Assembly: GCA_025201805.1 (NCBI GenBank)
Contig: MU619362.1
Span: 1 to 64,000 of the forward strand
DNA: 64,000 bases
DNA from: Parasitella parasitica NRRL 2501
Lineage: Eukaryota; Fungi; Mucoromycota
Reading direction: 5' to 3'
Below the pieces are notes generated by a model, which worked only from the letters and a program-made list of their open reading frames with translations, was not told where the DNA came from and did no database searches. Shown here in pieces: positions 52,964 through 63,777 of the stretch; position 1 is the stretch's first letter, and each line of letters begins with the position of its first letter. The position numbers and the translations under genes are program-made.

Positions 52964-53241
52964 TGTAAGTAACACAGATCTGAGCACCAGGATAAAGGTT
53001 AAAACACTTTCAGAAGATCAAAGACGTGTAGCCCTTGCTGTATAACCTCAAATCGTACCCTGTCAAGTAGATTGTCACTGTGAACTAGTCTTGTCAATTA
53101 GTAATCTAAATAAGTGACCATAAATTCATGTAGCTGTAAAAAGTATAAATAGCAGATGCAATTTCGATCTTAAATAAAGTATCTATTTAAGCTTCCGTAT
53201 CTTGTAAACATTTGGTTTTTATTATCTTTTTTGACCAAACA
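52964..53241 (+). mobile_element. LTR-like sequence (TG...CA, 278 bp), copy 1
   Basis: Begins tgtaag and ends aaca; contains tataaatag and aataaa; preceded by purine-rich aagaagg; inverted homolog at 53927-54201. Confidence 0.65.
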
Positions 53242-53755
53242 TCTCTAATACCGTAATTGCTGAACCTCATGGCTCTCGGGTAGACAACGATTAAAACGTT
53301 ACAAATCAAATCGGAGTTCAAAATAACAAAATTTAAACACCGAATGCATTGATGAATTACATTATTGTATTCTTCCAGCAATACCAAAAAAACATGCAGT
53401 AAAAACAACAAATTTGGTCGACACTTATGTATCAATCGCTCATTATTTTTGTCAACCTTACAATTGTTGTGTTGTATCCATATAAAGGCTACATATGTCA
53501 TATCTAACTTAGTCATAATGCACGGATCATGATATTAATTGTTGGTAATTCTTTTACAAATAAGGAATAAGCTACAAGTTGTAATTGGACCTCTTGCAAG
53601 GTTCCAGGCTTATTCAAAGAATACATCTAGATCAGATCGCGGGATGTCGGGAAGACATCCTACCCAATCTTCTCTTTAATGTAAAATAGAAAGATAGGTC
53701 TGTCCTGGAAATGCTGTGATTTAATAAGGTTTGACACTTCTTGTCAAACATCAGA

Positions 53756-53895
53756 TGTTATGTGGATAAACATTGATTGGGATATATTTTAGTATAAATA
53801 GAGATCATATCTTATGTCAATAAAAGTCTTCAGTTTTGTATCTGGTTTTATTCAGAAAGTCTTTATTACTTTATACAAATCTTATTTACATAACA
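53756..53895 (+). mobile_element. Short LTR-like remnant of a different family
   Basis: 8-bp inverted termini tgttatgt...acataaca; tataaatag then aataaa. No target-site duplication seen. Confidence 0.4.
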
Positions 53896-53926
53896 TTACG
53901 CTGCGCCCTTTGACACTGGCACAACA

Positions 53927-54201
53927 TGTTGGATCAAAAAGATAATAAAAAAACCAAAGGTTAACGAGATACGAAAACTAAAGATACTTTATTTAAGATC
54001 GAAATTGCATCTGCTATTTATACTTTTTACAACTACATTAATTTATGGTGACTTATTTAGATTACTAATTGACAAGACTAGTTCACAGTGACAATCTACT
54101 TGACAGGGTACGATATGAGGTTATACAGCAAGGGCTACACACGTCTTTGATCTGACAGAGCCTTAACCTTTATCCTGGTGCTCAGATCTGTGTTACTTAC
54201 A
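53927..54201 (-). mobile_element. LTR-like sequence, copy 2 (inverted relative to copy 1)
   Basis: Reverse complement aligns along the length of 52964-53241; homology extends about 28 bp outward (52936 and 54229). Confidence 0.65.
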
Positions 54202-55008
54202 GGAATAACCTTCTTGATTTGAAACAGAGACTTTATTCTCCAATTTACACAAGCGTATCACATCACATCATTGGACAATCTTCAATCTTCAATTGAAGTA
54301 CATTGCCATGATCTCCTATCTATAATTATGGCAGATCAACAATCTCTTCCTTGTCTGGTACGGCACTATATTTAGGCAATGTATACAAACACTTTACATT
54401 TTTACAAAAAGCAAGTGTAATATTGTCGGTCTCAAGTATACCGCGCCGGCCGGTCGTCTCAATATATTGGTCGGTCATATCTTCAGCGACAAAGTACCGA
54501 CTGGGTAGATTCGTCGGTCTCATTTCTGCCCACTCGGTATAACTCTCGGTCTTATCGTACCGAGGAAAATATTTAAACACCGAAACACGTAAACTTTTCA
54601 AGGCTGGAAATATAATTTACTTTAATTGTTGTATAGCACTGTATGATATATGTAGACGAAAAAAATAAAATTTTCTCCTACTCAGATGGCAATTAGCAGA
54701 GAATATTCTTATGTTTGTTTTTCGCTGCTGTGTTTATTTTATTCAGAGAAATGGGCTTAAGTCTATTCGGTAGTGACCTAGTCGCAAGACTTTTTCGCTA
54801 CAGTATAATCTAGGCAGTCTCTGCCCTAGAGTGAAGATTTGGGTAACAACAGGTGAAAGTACAAGTGGGGGCCGTTGCAGTGCAACTTCGTTTATTGTCG
54901 TCGCACTCCGTAGCTTTTTGAAATATATAGGGGGGGGGAGAGCGGGTTCGCTCTGTTCTTTTTCATCTGTATATCTTTCCAGATAAAATGTCTCCTTAAT
55001 CATTTAGT

Positions 55009-55136
55009 TACCTGGTTGATCCTGCCAGTAGTCATTTGCTTGTCTCAAGGATATTAAGCCATAATGCATGTCTAAAAGTATAAATAAATTTACAATGTGA
55101 AACTGCAAATGGCCCAATCAATTACGATATCTACGT
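55009..55136 (+). pseudogene. Degenerate 5' fragment of 18S rRNA
   Basis: TACCTGGTTGATCCTGCCAGTAGTCAT.TGCTTGTCTCAA..ATTAAGCCAT..GCATGTCTAA..GTATAA..TGTGAAACTGC.AATGGC, with small indels. The rest of the 18S gene is absent. Confidence 0.95.
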
Positions 55137-55145
55137 AACCTAGCG

Positions 55146-56060
55146 CTATAAATGAGGAGCAGCGTCAACAGAGTGATAGTCAAAAGACAACGACATCAGT
55201 TTGTGGTCAGATCCCAGGGACAAATCAGAGCAAATACTAATTTTTGGGGATGAAAGAGATAAAGATGAGGTACCCAGAGAGGCAGAAGACAATGACGCTA
55301 CATTCGTAATGTAGTAATCGACAATGCTACTTACATTCTGCCCACGACGACGATCCTCTAGAGTAGGTGTGCCGTGGGCTAACTGGCAGTTCAGAACATT
55401 TAACTCGTTGTCAGCACAGTATTCTTGCAAAAGGTTGCCACGGGAATTGGTGGCATAATCACCAACAAATGCACCCATTCTAGCGTTAAGATCACCGCAG
55501 ATAATAGTATCGTGATCCAGAGGGATCGCATTCAAGATAGCAGAGACCTCAGCTGTATAGAGACCAGCCTGTTCAGGCGGTATATACAGGCAGATGAGCC
55601 GAAGCTCACGACCCAGTTGAATCCCAAGTGCGAATTCATGCAAGGCAGAGGGCAGAGGTGTTTGGAACGCGGTAAGAGGGCAAGAGGGGTTGATCAGGCA
55701 AGAAATGCCTCTTGAGCCTCGACCGCCACCAGCGACAGGAATTCCAGGCAAGTGGAATTGCTGCCAGGTTGTGGGTATATGGACCGGAAGACGATGTAGC
55801 CATGTTTCCGTAATAAAGAGAACTGAAAAGGATTGGCAGTATCGGAGGACATCATCAATTGTTGTGTCTCTAAGACCGCGAGCGTTCCAGAGACCAATTG
55901 TGAGTGGGGTGAGGGAGGCGCTATTAATGATGGTGGCCGAAAGGCCGGGAGGAGTTGTAGGATTATTGTTATTAAGGAATGTAGTTGGAGTAGTAGTAGT
56001 TGTAGCAGTGATGTTGGGAGACATGGTTGGGTTATAATGATTGAGTTCACACTCAATCAT
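55146..56060 (-). CDS. LINE ORF2 apurinic-like endonuclease domain; ORF stops just after the domain
   Basis: IGLWNARGL, FITETW, CLYIPP, ICGDLNAR, SIVDYY, SDHKL: all conserved APE motifs present. Confidence 0.92.
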   Translation of the reverse strand: MIECELNHYNPTMSPNITATTTTTPTTFLNNNNPTTPPGLSATIINSASLTPLTIGLWNARGLRDTTIDDVLRYCQSFSVLFITETWLHRLPVHIPTTWQQFHLPGIPVAGGGRGSRGISCLINPSCPLTAFQTPLPSALHEFALGIQLGRELRLICLYIPPEQAGLYTAEVSAILNAIPLDHDTIICGDLNARMGAFVGDYATNSRGNLLQEYCADNELNVLNCQLAHGTPTLEDRRRGQNVSSIVDYYITNVASLSSASLGTSSLSLSSPKISICSDLSLGSDHKLMSLSFDYHSVDAAPHL

Positions 56061-56983
56061 TATAACATTTCCACTTCGGAGTCATGCATGGCAGCATCGC
56101 CATCCACGGGGCGACGGTAGCCAAAGAGACCCTCCTCAGGGGCCAAGGCTTCAATGTCTTCAGAGGTAATCCAACCTGCAGTCTGAAAGTAAGCAGCGAC
56201 AGAGGCAAAGAGACGGGAACGGCGAGATGCCAAGTAACGGAGGGACTGTGTGCAGCGCTTGATCTGCAACTCAAAGGCAATATCCTCGCGCTTTGAGATT
56301 GAGAGCTCACGGTACTTGGGATCAGCAACGTGCTGCGGGTCAACAGGGTCAAAGTTGGCCACAACTGCAACTTTGTTCTTGGACAACAGGTCCAGAAGGG
56401 TTTCCTTGTATTGGACATGGATCAGAATGCCAATAACGTTGCGAGCGGGGAAGGTAACATCAATGATGCGAGATGCCTCTGCACCGATGAGGTGCAAGTT
56501 GTTGCGAACTTCAGTTCTGGTGAAGCGGCGAGAACGGTTGATATAAAGGCATTCATAGCCCTTAGGTCCGTCTGCTTGGGCATTAAAGCCACGGGTAATA
56601 GCCTGACGGTGCTTTTCAGTCACCTCAGAGGGAGCTTTGATCTTTCTTGATCTGGGCTTCTTCTGGACAATTTCAGTCCAAGTGGAGGTGGTCTTGGGGG
56701 CGCCAGTTGCTGCCTTGCTGTGCTGCGGCTGCTGATTGGTTGCAAAGGAAGCTGGGTTATGTTTGACAGCTGAAGGGGAAGCAGTAAGATCGGCAATCTG
56801 TTGACGAAGACTGGCATTTTCTTGAGTCAAAGAAAAATTTTTGTTTTTCAGATCTAAAATGGCACTTTTAAGAGTGTTCAACTCTTCCAGGGCGGTACGG
56901 TGAACAGAAATATCCTTCTGCATACTGATGACTAACGTCTGCAAATCTAGTTGCGACATAAGAGTGGATGGTTCTGGCTCCAT
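56060..56983 (-). CDS. LINE ORF1 (N-terminal coiled coil; Mucorales-type ORF1)
   Basis: Heptad-rich N-terminus; RRFTRTEVRNNL..IGAEASRIIDVTFPARNVIGILIHVQY..FDPVDPQHVADPKY; directly upstream of the APE ORF. Confidence 0.85.
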   Translation of the reverse strand: MEPEPSTLMSQLDLQTLVISMQKDISVHRTALEELNTLKSAILDLKNKNFSLTQENASLRQQIADLTASPSAVKHNPASFATNQQPQHSKAATGAPKTTSTWTEIVQKKPRSRKIKAPSEVTEKHRQAITRGFNAQADGPKGYECLYINRSRRFTRTEVRNNLHLIGAEASRIIDVTFPARNVIGILIHVQYKETLLDLLSKNKVAVVANFDPVDPQHVADPKYRELSISKREDIAFELQIKRCTQSLRYLASRRSRLFASVAAYFQTAGWITSEDIEALAPEEGLFGYRRPVDGDAAMHDSEVEML

Positions 56984-57235
56984 GGTCTGTTTACCGGTTG
57001 CTAGATGATCGAGTGAAAAAATATTTGCGGTGTTTTTGGGGTTTTTTGTAAAACAGGTAAATACTTGATCAATCGTTTTGAAAGTTGAACAGAATATACT
57101 TTAAGATATTAACACTTAATGTATATTCTATTGACGGTTGTTGCTTTGGCTGTTTACTGCTATGGATTTCCTTGTCTAATATTAATATCACGTGTACCTG
57201 AATTCTGAGGTCAAAACGTAATAAAAAAAAAAAAT

Positions 57236-57308
57236 GGGGATGTAGCTCAAATGGTAGAGCGCTCGCTTAGCATGCGAGAGGCACTGGGATCGACGCCCAG
57301 CTTCTCCA
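57236..57308 (+). tRNA. tRNA-Ala (anticodon AGC)
   Basis: Cloverleaf GGGGATGTAGCTCAAATGGTAGAGC..CTCGC-TTAGCAT-GCGAG..GGGATCGACGCCCAGCTTCTCCA; G3:U70 alanine identity pair; one U6-U67 mismatch. Confidence 0.95.
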
Positions 57309-57309
57309 A

Positions 57310-57317
57310 TTTTTTTT
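57310..57317 (+). terminator. Pol III oligo-T terminator
   Basis: T8 run immediately after the tRNA. Confidence 0.8.
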
Positions 57318-57916
57318 CCATTTTTTTTTTTGGTGATACGTTTCACTTTTTTAAAAAAAAAAAAAAAAAACCATTTTGTTTGCTTAACAGAGAATTCAAA
57401 TAAAATGTCAAGCTTTGTGGTGAAGGCTTATTTTTATGATGGAAATTTGATTCGAACAGTACTGATTGTAAAAGGAAACTTTTCTAATAATCGATGGCAT
57501 TTAATAATCAGTAAAAGCCATTAAGTTTTGAGTCTGATTTTTTTTTTTTTTTTTTTTCATAATTGTCTATAACCTGCCTCGCTTATTTCCAATTCAGACC
57601 CTAATTATCTCTTTCTCATTCAAGTTAATAAACTTTATTTAACTCAGGCAAGCGTAGGCTTGCGAAACTACTATTAATTCTCTGAGTATCTCAAGTCTAA
57701 GGCGACTTGAACACTTGAATTCCTTTGTGTAGTAACTCTTGGGTCCCATGTGGAGACTATGAAGATTAAGTATTTTATGCAACTCAGTCTCTGTATTCAC
57801 AAAGAAGATTATTCCAATGAGCGGAAAAAAAAGGGGTGACAAAAGAACTAAAACTTGATTGCTACAGCTGTTACACACAAGTGTATATTGTAGAACGTTA
57901 TAATGTTGTGTATTTC

Positions 57917-57949
<33 letters not shown>

Positions 57950-57961
57950 ATGTATTTTTTC

Positions 57962-57993
<32 letters not shown>

Positions 57994-58049
57994 TTTTCTT
58001 TTCCTCCTCCTTACTATACATAAAAAAAAAAAAACAAAAAAAAACTCTA

Positions 58050-59506
58050 ATGAATTACTCTCATAATCAATCATCATTAGTTCCAAGCCATTCAACCGTA
58101 TCCGGCTTTCCGAATGATTCTGATACTACCTCACCTTTTCAAAGGCAATGGAGCATACGACAGGCGAATAGTAGACTTCATGCCTATGGATTACAAACAG
58201 CGTTAGAAAATGACCTTGCAAGACAAGTTCAAGATGATGAAAAGAGGCAAATTAATTATGGGGCGGCTATTCCTCTCAACGAATTAAATGGCTCAACAGA
58301 ATCGCAATTCGGCACAAACAACCCATATTTATCTGGCACATCAATGATACCTCCAAGTCGATTCTCTGCCCAGGGCAGTGTTCGACACAAAACATACGGC
58401 TTCCAGGACCCATTCGCAGTAGCGCCTATGGAAGCATGGCAAGAAATCAAAGATTATAATTTAAGGGTTAATGGATTACCGACATTGGATCAAATGATGC
58501 GATTGCACACATATAGTCCACTTACACAGTCAAATTTTGCAACATTTCTACGACGACGCCGTGTTCACCAAAACCTAAACTTTTTGATGGAACTCGAAAC
58601 GCACGATAAGTTGTGGAGAGCATATTTACAGAGCATTGACAGGCAAAACAGACAGAGATTATCTCGGTTTTTAGAATCAGCGGCCGAAAAGGATCCATTA
58701 CAAAACAAACAGAGCCTGTCTTCATCTCCTTCGTATGCGGAAACACCCGATACAGATGGCTTGCTGACACCATTACCACCGCAACCATTGACACCAAGGT
58801 CGCCTTCGTGTGAAGTTTATGCATCTCGTGGCGATAAATCACTCAATCGACATGATCTTGTGCAGAATGCAACCCGAATCTATAGAACGTATTGTTCGCC
58901 TATTATGGATGCAGCACAGACAATCCATTTGCCAGACGATCATAGACGAGCATTAGAAGAATTAGTTGAAAATAACGAAAGGCCAGAACCCATCGTCTTT
59001 GATTCCGCAAGATCGCATGTATTTGAAATACTCAATGTGTTTTACTACCCACTCTTTGTGGATGATGTGCTCCATAAGAACATATCTATCGGCACTGCAC
59101 GCTTATTTTTGATACTGGGTATTATTATCTTGACACTGGCTTTCTCTGTCGAGTTGTCATTGATCTTTTTGGATGCTGGTACATCAGCTACTCGTTGTCT
59201 TGGTTTGATACCTTTTTTTTTCGGCTGGTCCTTGTTGCTTACCAGTACGACAGAATTTGCGTGGTGGTTTGGTATATTTAGCAAGAGGTAAAAAAAAAAA
59301 ACTCCTCTCCTTCGTTGGTCTCCTTAATAATTTTACTAAACTGTGTTATCTTTAGTGAGGTGCAATTCATGGTCTACTTGGATTTGCAAGATGTCACAGT
59401 GCAAAAGATTCATCGTAAACGGGGGTGGCTATGGCTTTTGTCCATATTAACATTATCTATAATTTCAACCATCCTATTTGTATTTATTCCATCTCGTCGA
59501 TTATAA
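58050..59506 (+). CDS. RAX1: Rax1-like RGS-domain membrane protein; 2 exons
   Basis: LPTLDQMM...SPLT..NFATFL...QNLNFLMEL, RIYRTYC, PIVFDSAR; three C-terminal hydrophobic segments ending FIPSRRL. Confidence 0.75.
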
Positions 59507-59917
59507 CAAAATACTATTACCTTTCTAATATTGATAAACCTGCCAATTTTTTTATACAGTTCGTCTCATTCAGGCACAAAATCTCATGTAGCATTTTTGA
59601 TCCCTAGGCCATATAAAGCTTTGCTACCACGTGCATTTGCATTACAACCTGAATTCTTTATTTTTGTACGATAATAGAAAACAGCACGTTTCAAATTAAT
59701 TTGCAGTGCAGGAATGATATTTTGCGCATACAAAATGCGAGAGTGTGCATTTTCTCACTGACCTGGTGTTACATTTTTAATTAAAACCGCCAATTTAGAG
59801 CTTGGCATAACTAAATTGACAAGTAGTGAAAGAGTAGCTTATTTCAATGTAAAAAATGCATTTATTTAGACATGGAAGGGGGATGCAAAATGTAGATTAT
59901 TACGTGGAGTTTGCTTT

Positions 59918-61943
59918 TTACTGGTAGCCAAACGTCCACATGCGCTCCTTAACATAATTCTGGTACTCACTGGGTTTGATAGATTGGAGTTCCTTAACAG
60001 TGGCAATCTTATCACGGACAGCTTGGTCAACTACAGCAGATGCAACAGTGGTAGAAACATCACGGATACGAGATAATTCAGGGTAAAGCCATCCATTGGC
60101 ACGCTCTTGCTCAGTGAGGGAATCAGCCAAAGCCATAGCAGCGCGAAGAATGATACGGTTAGTGATAGATTCAGGCTTCGCAATGATACTTCCTAAACCT
60201 AATCCAGGGAACATGTACATATTATTGCCTTGGCCAGGCATACACACTTGTTTTGTTTCGGGCACAATGTACGCAGGGAATGCGGTGCCTGAAGCAAAGA
60301 CAACCTTATTGTTGGTAGCCTTCATAGCATCTTCAAAGGTACATTCGGCCTTGGTGGAGGGATTAGACAGGGGGAACACAATGGGCTGATCGTTAATCTG
60401 GCTCATGCGTTCAAGGATGCTCTTGCTAAAGGCACCAGTGGAAGAAGAGAGGCCTATGAGGGTAGTGGGCTTGACGTAGTCGATAATGTCAGCCAGCGAC
60501 TGAAACTGAGTGCCATCATTATCGTGTCTAGCATAGTAGACCTTGTGCTCAGCTAGGCGATCACCACGATCAGCCGTTACAAGACCCTTTGAATCGCAAA
60601 TATAAAAGACTTTTTTAGCCTGCTCCTCTGTCAGCCCATGTTCAATTTCCAAATACTCTTGGATCTGTCGTGCAACGCCAATAGCGGCCGATCCAGCGCC
60701 ATAGAAAACAATGCGATGATCAGAAAGGGGAATCTTCGACTCTGTTTCAACCTTTCTAAACGCATTAATTAGGCCTGACAGAATCACAGCGCCAGTACCT
60801 TGGATGTCATCGTTGAAGCACAGCATTTTGTTTTGATATTTCTCCAAAAGACCAAAAGCATGCTCGCTGGAGAAATCTTCAAACTGGACCAGCAGATCAG
60901 GGAATGCACGAATCAAAGATTTGAGCACTTGGTCCATAGCACTGTAAAATAACTTGTCATTGGGTCTGTTTTCACGCACGCCGAGATAGTGGTCGTCACT
61001 CAAATTCTTCTCATTGTTAGTGCCAAAATCAAGAACGATGGGTAATGTTTTACGAGGATCGACACCTGCACCAGCAACATAGAGTTGGAGTTTACCCATA
61101 CTGATAGGCATGCCATTCATGCCAAGATCGCCGAGACCAAGAATGCGGGATCCGTCTGTCATGACGGTGATATCCGGAATTTCTCCTGATCTTTGTTTGT
61201 AGTCCGCAATGATTTGATCCAAGTGTGGAAGATCCTTTAACGTAAGGTAAAGACCGTCAGGCGTGCCTGTATAGACGTTGTACTTGTTAATGACAATGGT
61301 GATAAACTGATTCGTCATAGGACAAACCTGGTGGAGTCAAAAAGGGGTAAATATCAGAATATTTTTGACAAGCTTCGCCGACAGTAGGTGTATAAATAAT
61401 AGGGGCAAATTCCTATTAATAGTAATCTTTAAGTTTTTTGTTGTAAAAAATAACTTTTTTTTTTTTTAAACTTTTACCTCAATATGGTCATTCAGCAATT
61501 TGTAGAATAATCTTGTATTATTATTTCGTAATTGAGCCATAAACGTGTATTTTTCTAATTGTGTCTGTCGGGATCTAACAACCTTGAGGGCTCTTGCAGC
61601 CTGGTTCTCGATAGAATCAACAGCAGAAGGGATTTGACCTATTAAGTGCAGCTTTTGGCGCATGTTGGTGGGTAATGCCGTACCTGGTAAAGATTTGTCA
61701 AAGGATGATTTTTGCAGAAAATGTGACACTATTACCATTGTTATAGTAAGCTGAATGAACAGCATCTACTGACTTGGCAGGCTGATGTAATTGACTCGAT
61801 TCCTCTTTCAAGGCGGGCATGATAGTAGAAGAGGGTGATTGAGTATGAATCTTTTTGGTAAAGAAAGATGGCTTATGAGCCAAGAATCTTTGATTTCGTA
61901 AAGATTTAGATAAAACAAGACTGGAAGATCTATAAAGACTCAT
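59918..61943 (-). CDS. MAE1: Malic enzyme, probably mitochondrial; multi-exon
   Basis: TDGSRILGLGDLG, QFEDF, FNDDIQGTGAV, GAGSAAIG, LSNP, GQGNN; basic Ser-rich N-terminal presequence. Confidence 0.95.
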
Positions 61944-62204
61944 ATTTTTGTTGGTTGTTTAACGAAGAAAAAAAAACAAGAGAAGGATTAAATGATTTAT
62001 ATATATGCAGTTTACAAAATTTTAAGACATTGAATGCAGCAAATAGGAAAGGAACCGAGTCATGATGATGCTTGATTTTTCATTTGTTGAGAATCCATGG
62101 CTTCTATGAGTATGTATGTACCGGAGTATGAGCCGTATTTTCGCGTTTCCTTGAGAAAAAGCTGTATATACATGAAAATGACAAATCAATCTTAGTCGCA
62201 CAAA

Positions 62205-62846
62205 TCAAGAAAAGAAATTGCTTGGGAATTGCGGATATAAAAGTCTTCTTCTGATCCAGTACAAGAATACTTGGATTGATATGATTTGAAATGTTTTTAT
62301 CGCAGTGATGGGCATCACATTTGTAATTGTGCGTTTCTGGCATCTACTCTTTTGATTGCAAATGGCACAGTCCTGTTGATAGCACAATTGGCAGCGGTAA
62401 CGAATGGAGAGACCTGGATGAGGCTCTTCCACTTGGTCACCTTGTTTCCATGGCAATCTAATCGTTGCATTCTCCATATTGATCCAATGCGAGCAATGGA
62501 TGCTCATCGGTTCAAATTGAGCATTATCATCTGATAGCTGGAAATGACCTAGTTGTATTATTCCAAAACGCAAATGCTGAAATTGTGAGCAATAGCCTTT
62601 ACAAATAAGGGATGTGATTGGTGTTACCCAACGTATCATTTCTTTGTTACAAGTGATGGCAAAATAAGCAGATGGTCTGTAAAATGTTAGGGTCCATTCT
62701 TCTCTTTTAATTCGATTCATTAATTCTTGCTTAATTAACATTTGGCATGTTGCGAACGGTGGTGTCTTTATTACCTGGCATACACAAGATAATGGTAAGA
62801 AAGCCAATATATGCAAGGTTATATCTGCAGGTTATGACTGGATCAT
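62205..62846 (-). pseudogene. F-box protein gene with an early in-frame stop
   Basis: ATG ATC CAG TCA TAA CCT GCA GAT ATA ACC TTG CAT ATA TTG reads MIQS*PADITLHILAFLP, an F-box-like start in frame with the 203-aa ORF. Confidence 0.55.
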
Positions 62847-63162
62847 TGTAAATTAGAGAGCATAATCATTAACAGTGCGAGAATAATGAAAGTTGCGAAT
62901 TAAAATAGCTTAAATGTTCAAAAATACAACAGCAAAACCCTTGTTTGCAAATGATTTCATTGTCTCACACAACCCGCTCATCCCCCTTTTTCAATTAAAT
63001 AAGTTGGTTTGTCATTACCAAAGAGGAAGGGGGGGGAGATAACTCATTTATAATCTAATGATCACCGTTTGCTATAAATATAATTTGATTTTTTCGTATA
63101 AAAAGATGGAATCAAGCTGATTGTTTCTCTTCTTCAACTCAACCCATTCCTTTCCTTATAAA

Positions 63163-63417
63163 ATGCCCTCTCGTTTATATCCTCAAGATTTTGATACCAA
63201 AAAAGTCGAATCTCGCTCGCTACTTAACACAGTCAAAAATCGCTTGCTTCTCAAAATGAATATGATTCCACTATGCTGGAAAAGTCTGCTAGATCAAGAG
63301 AAAAAATGGCATCACTGCAAACAATGCGAAGTGAGTTTCGGCTCCAAAAGTCGTCATGATTGGCACCTAGATATCTGTGGCCCCATGAAAGTTGAATTCC
63401 CATCCACCACCTACTAA
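63163..63417 (+). CDS. Small protein with one C2HC/C2H2-like zinc finger
   Basis: HCKQCEVSFGSKSRHDWHLDIC. Confidence 0.6.
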   Translation: MPSRLYPQDFDTKKVESRSLLNTVKNRLLLKMNMIPLCWKSLLDQEKKWHHCKQCEVSFGSKSRHDWHLDICGPMKVEFPSTTY

Positions 63418-63777
63418 GAATTACGCAAATAATTATGTTATATGTTACATGTTTACCCTACCTATTATAGACAAAAATTAGAGATATTGGCCCATAGAAA
63501 CAACTTGGTTGGATGTCATTTTCAAAGAGATTTAAAATAAATAACTTTTATCGCTTTTCTTCCTTCCAAATGTAACTAGAACCAAAATCGTTTATAAGAT
63601 TTGAGTTATATTAATTGTTTGTAAACATTATATGAAATGTAAATTAGTGTTTGATTTTGTAATTATAAATGCTAATTGAAGATGCAGTGAAAAGGGCTAC
63701 TTTTTTTTGTTCAGAATGTTGATGTTTTCTAATTTTTTTGTGATGAAATATTTAGGGTATAAAGACTGAAGTTGGAA

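Larger units (their letters stand above)
55146..56983 (-). mobile_element. L1-like non-LTR retrotransposon: ORF1 plus APE endonuclease, RT missing; 5' UTR extends an unknown distance toward 57200
   Basis: Two consecutive ORFs overlapping at TAATG; higher GC than the flanks; APE motifs in the second ORF. Confidence 0.9.

Noticed and set aside
55009-55136. Functional rDNA unit
   Set aside because: Only about 128 nt with indels; no remaining 18S, ITS or 5.8S sequence.
57903-58049. Poly-Lys N-terminus of the Rax1-like ORF
   Set aside because: Translation of poly-A tracts; the likely start is 58050.
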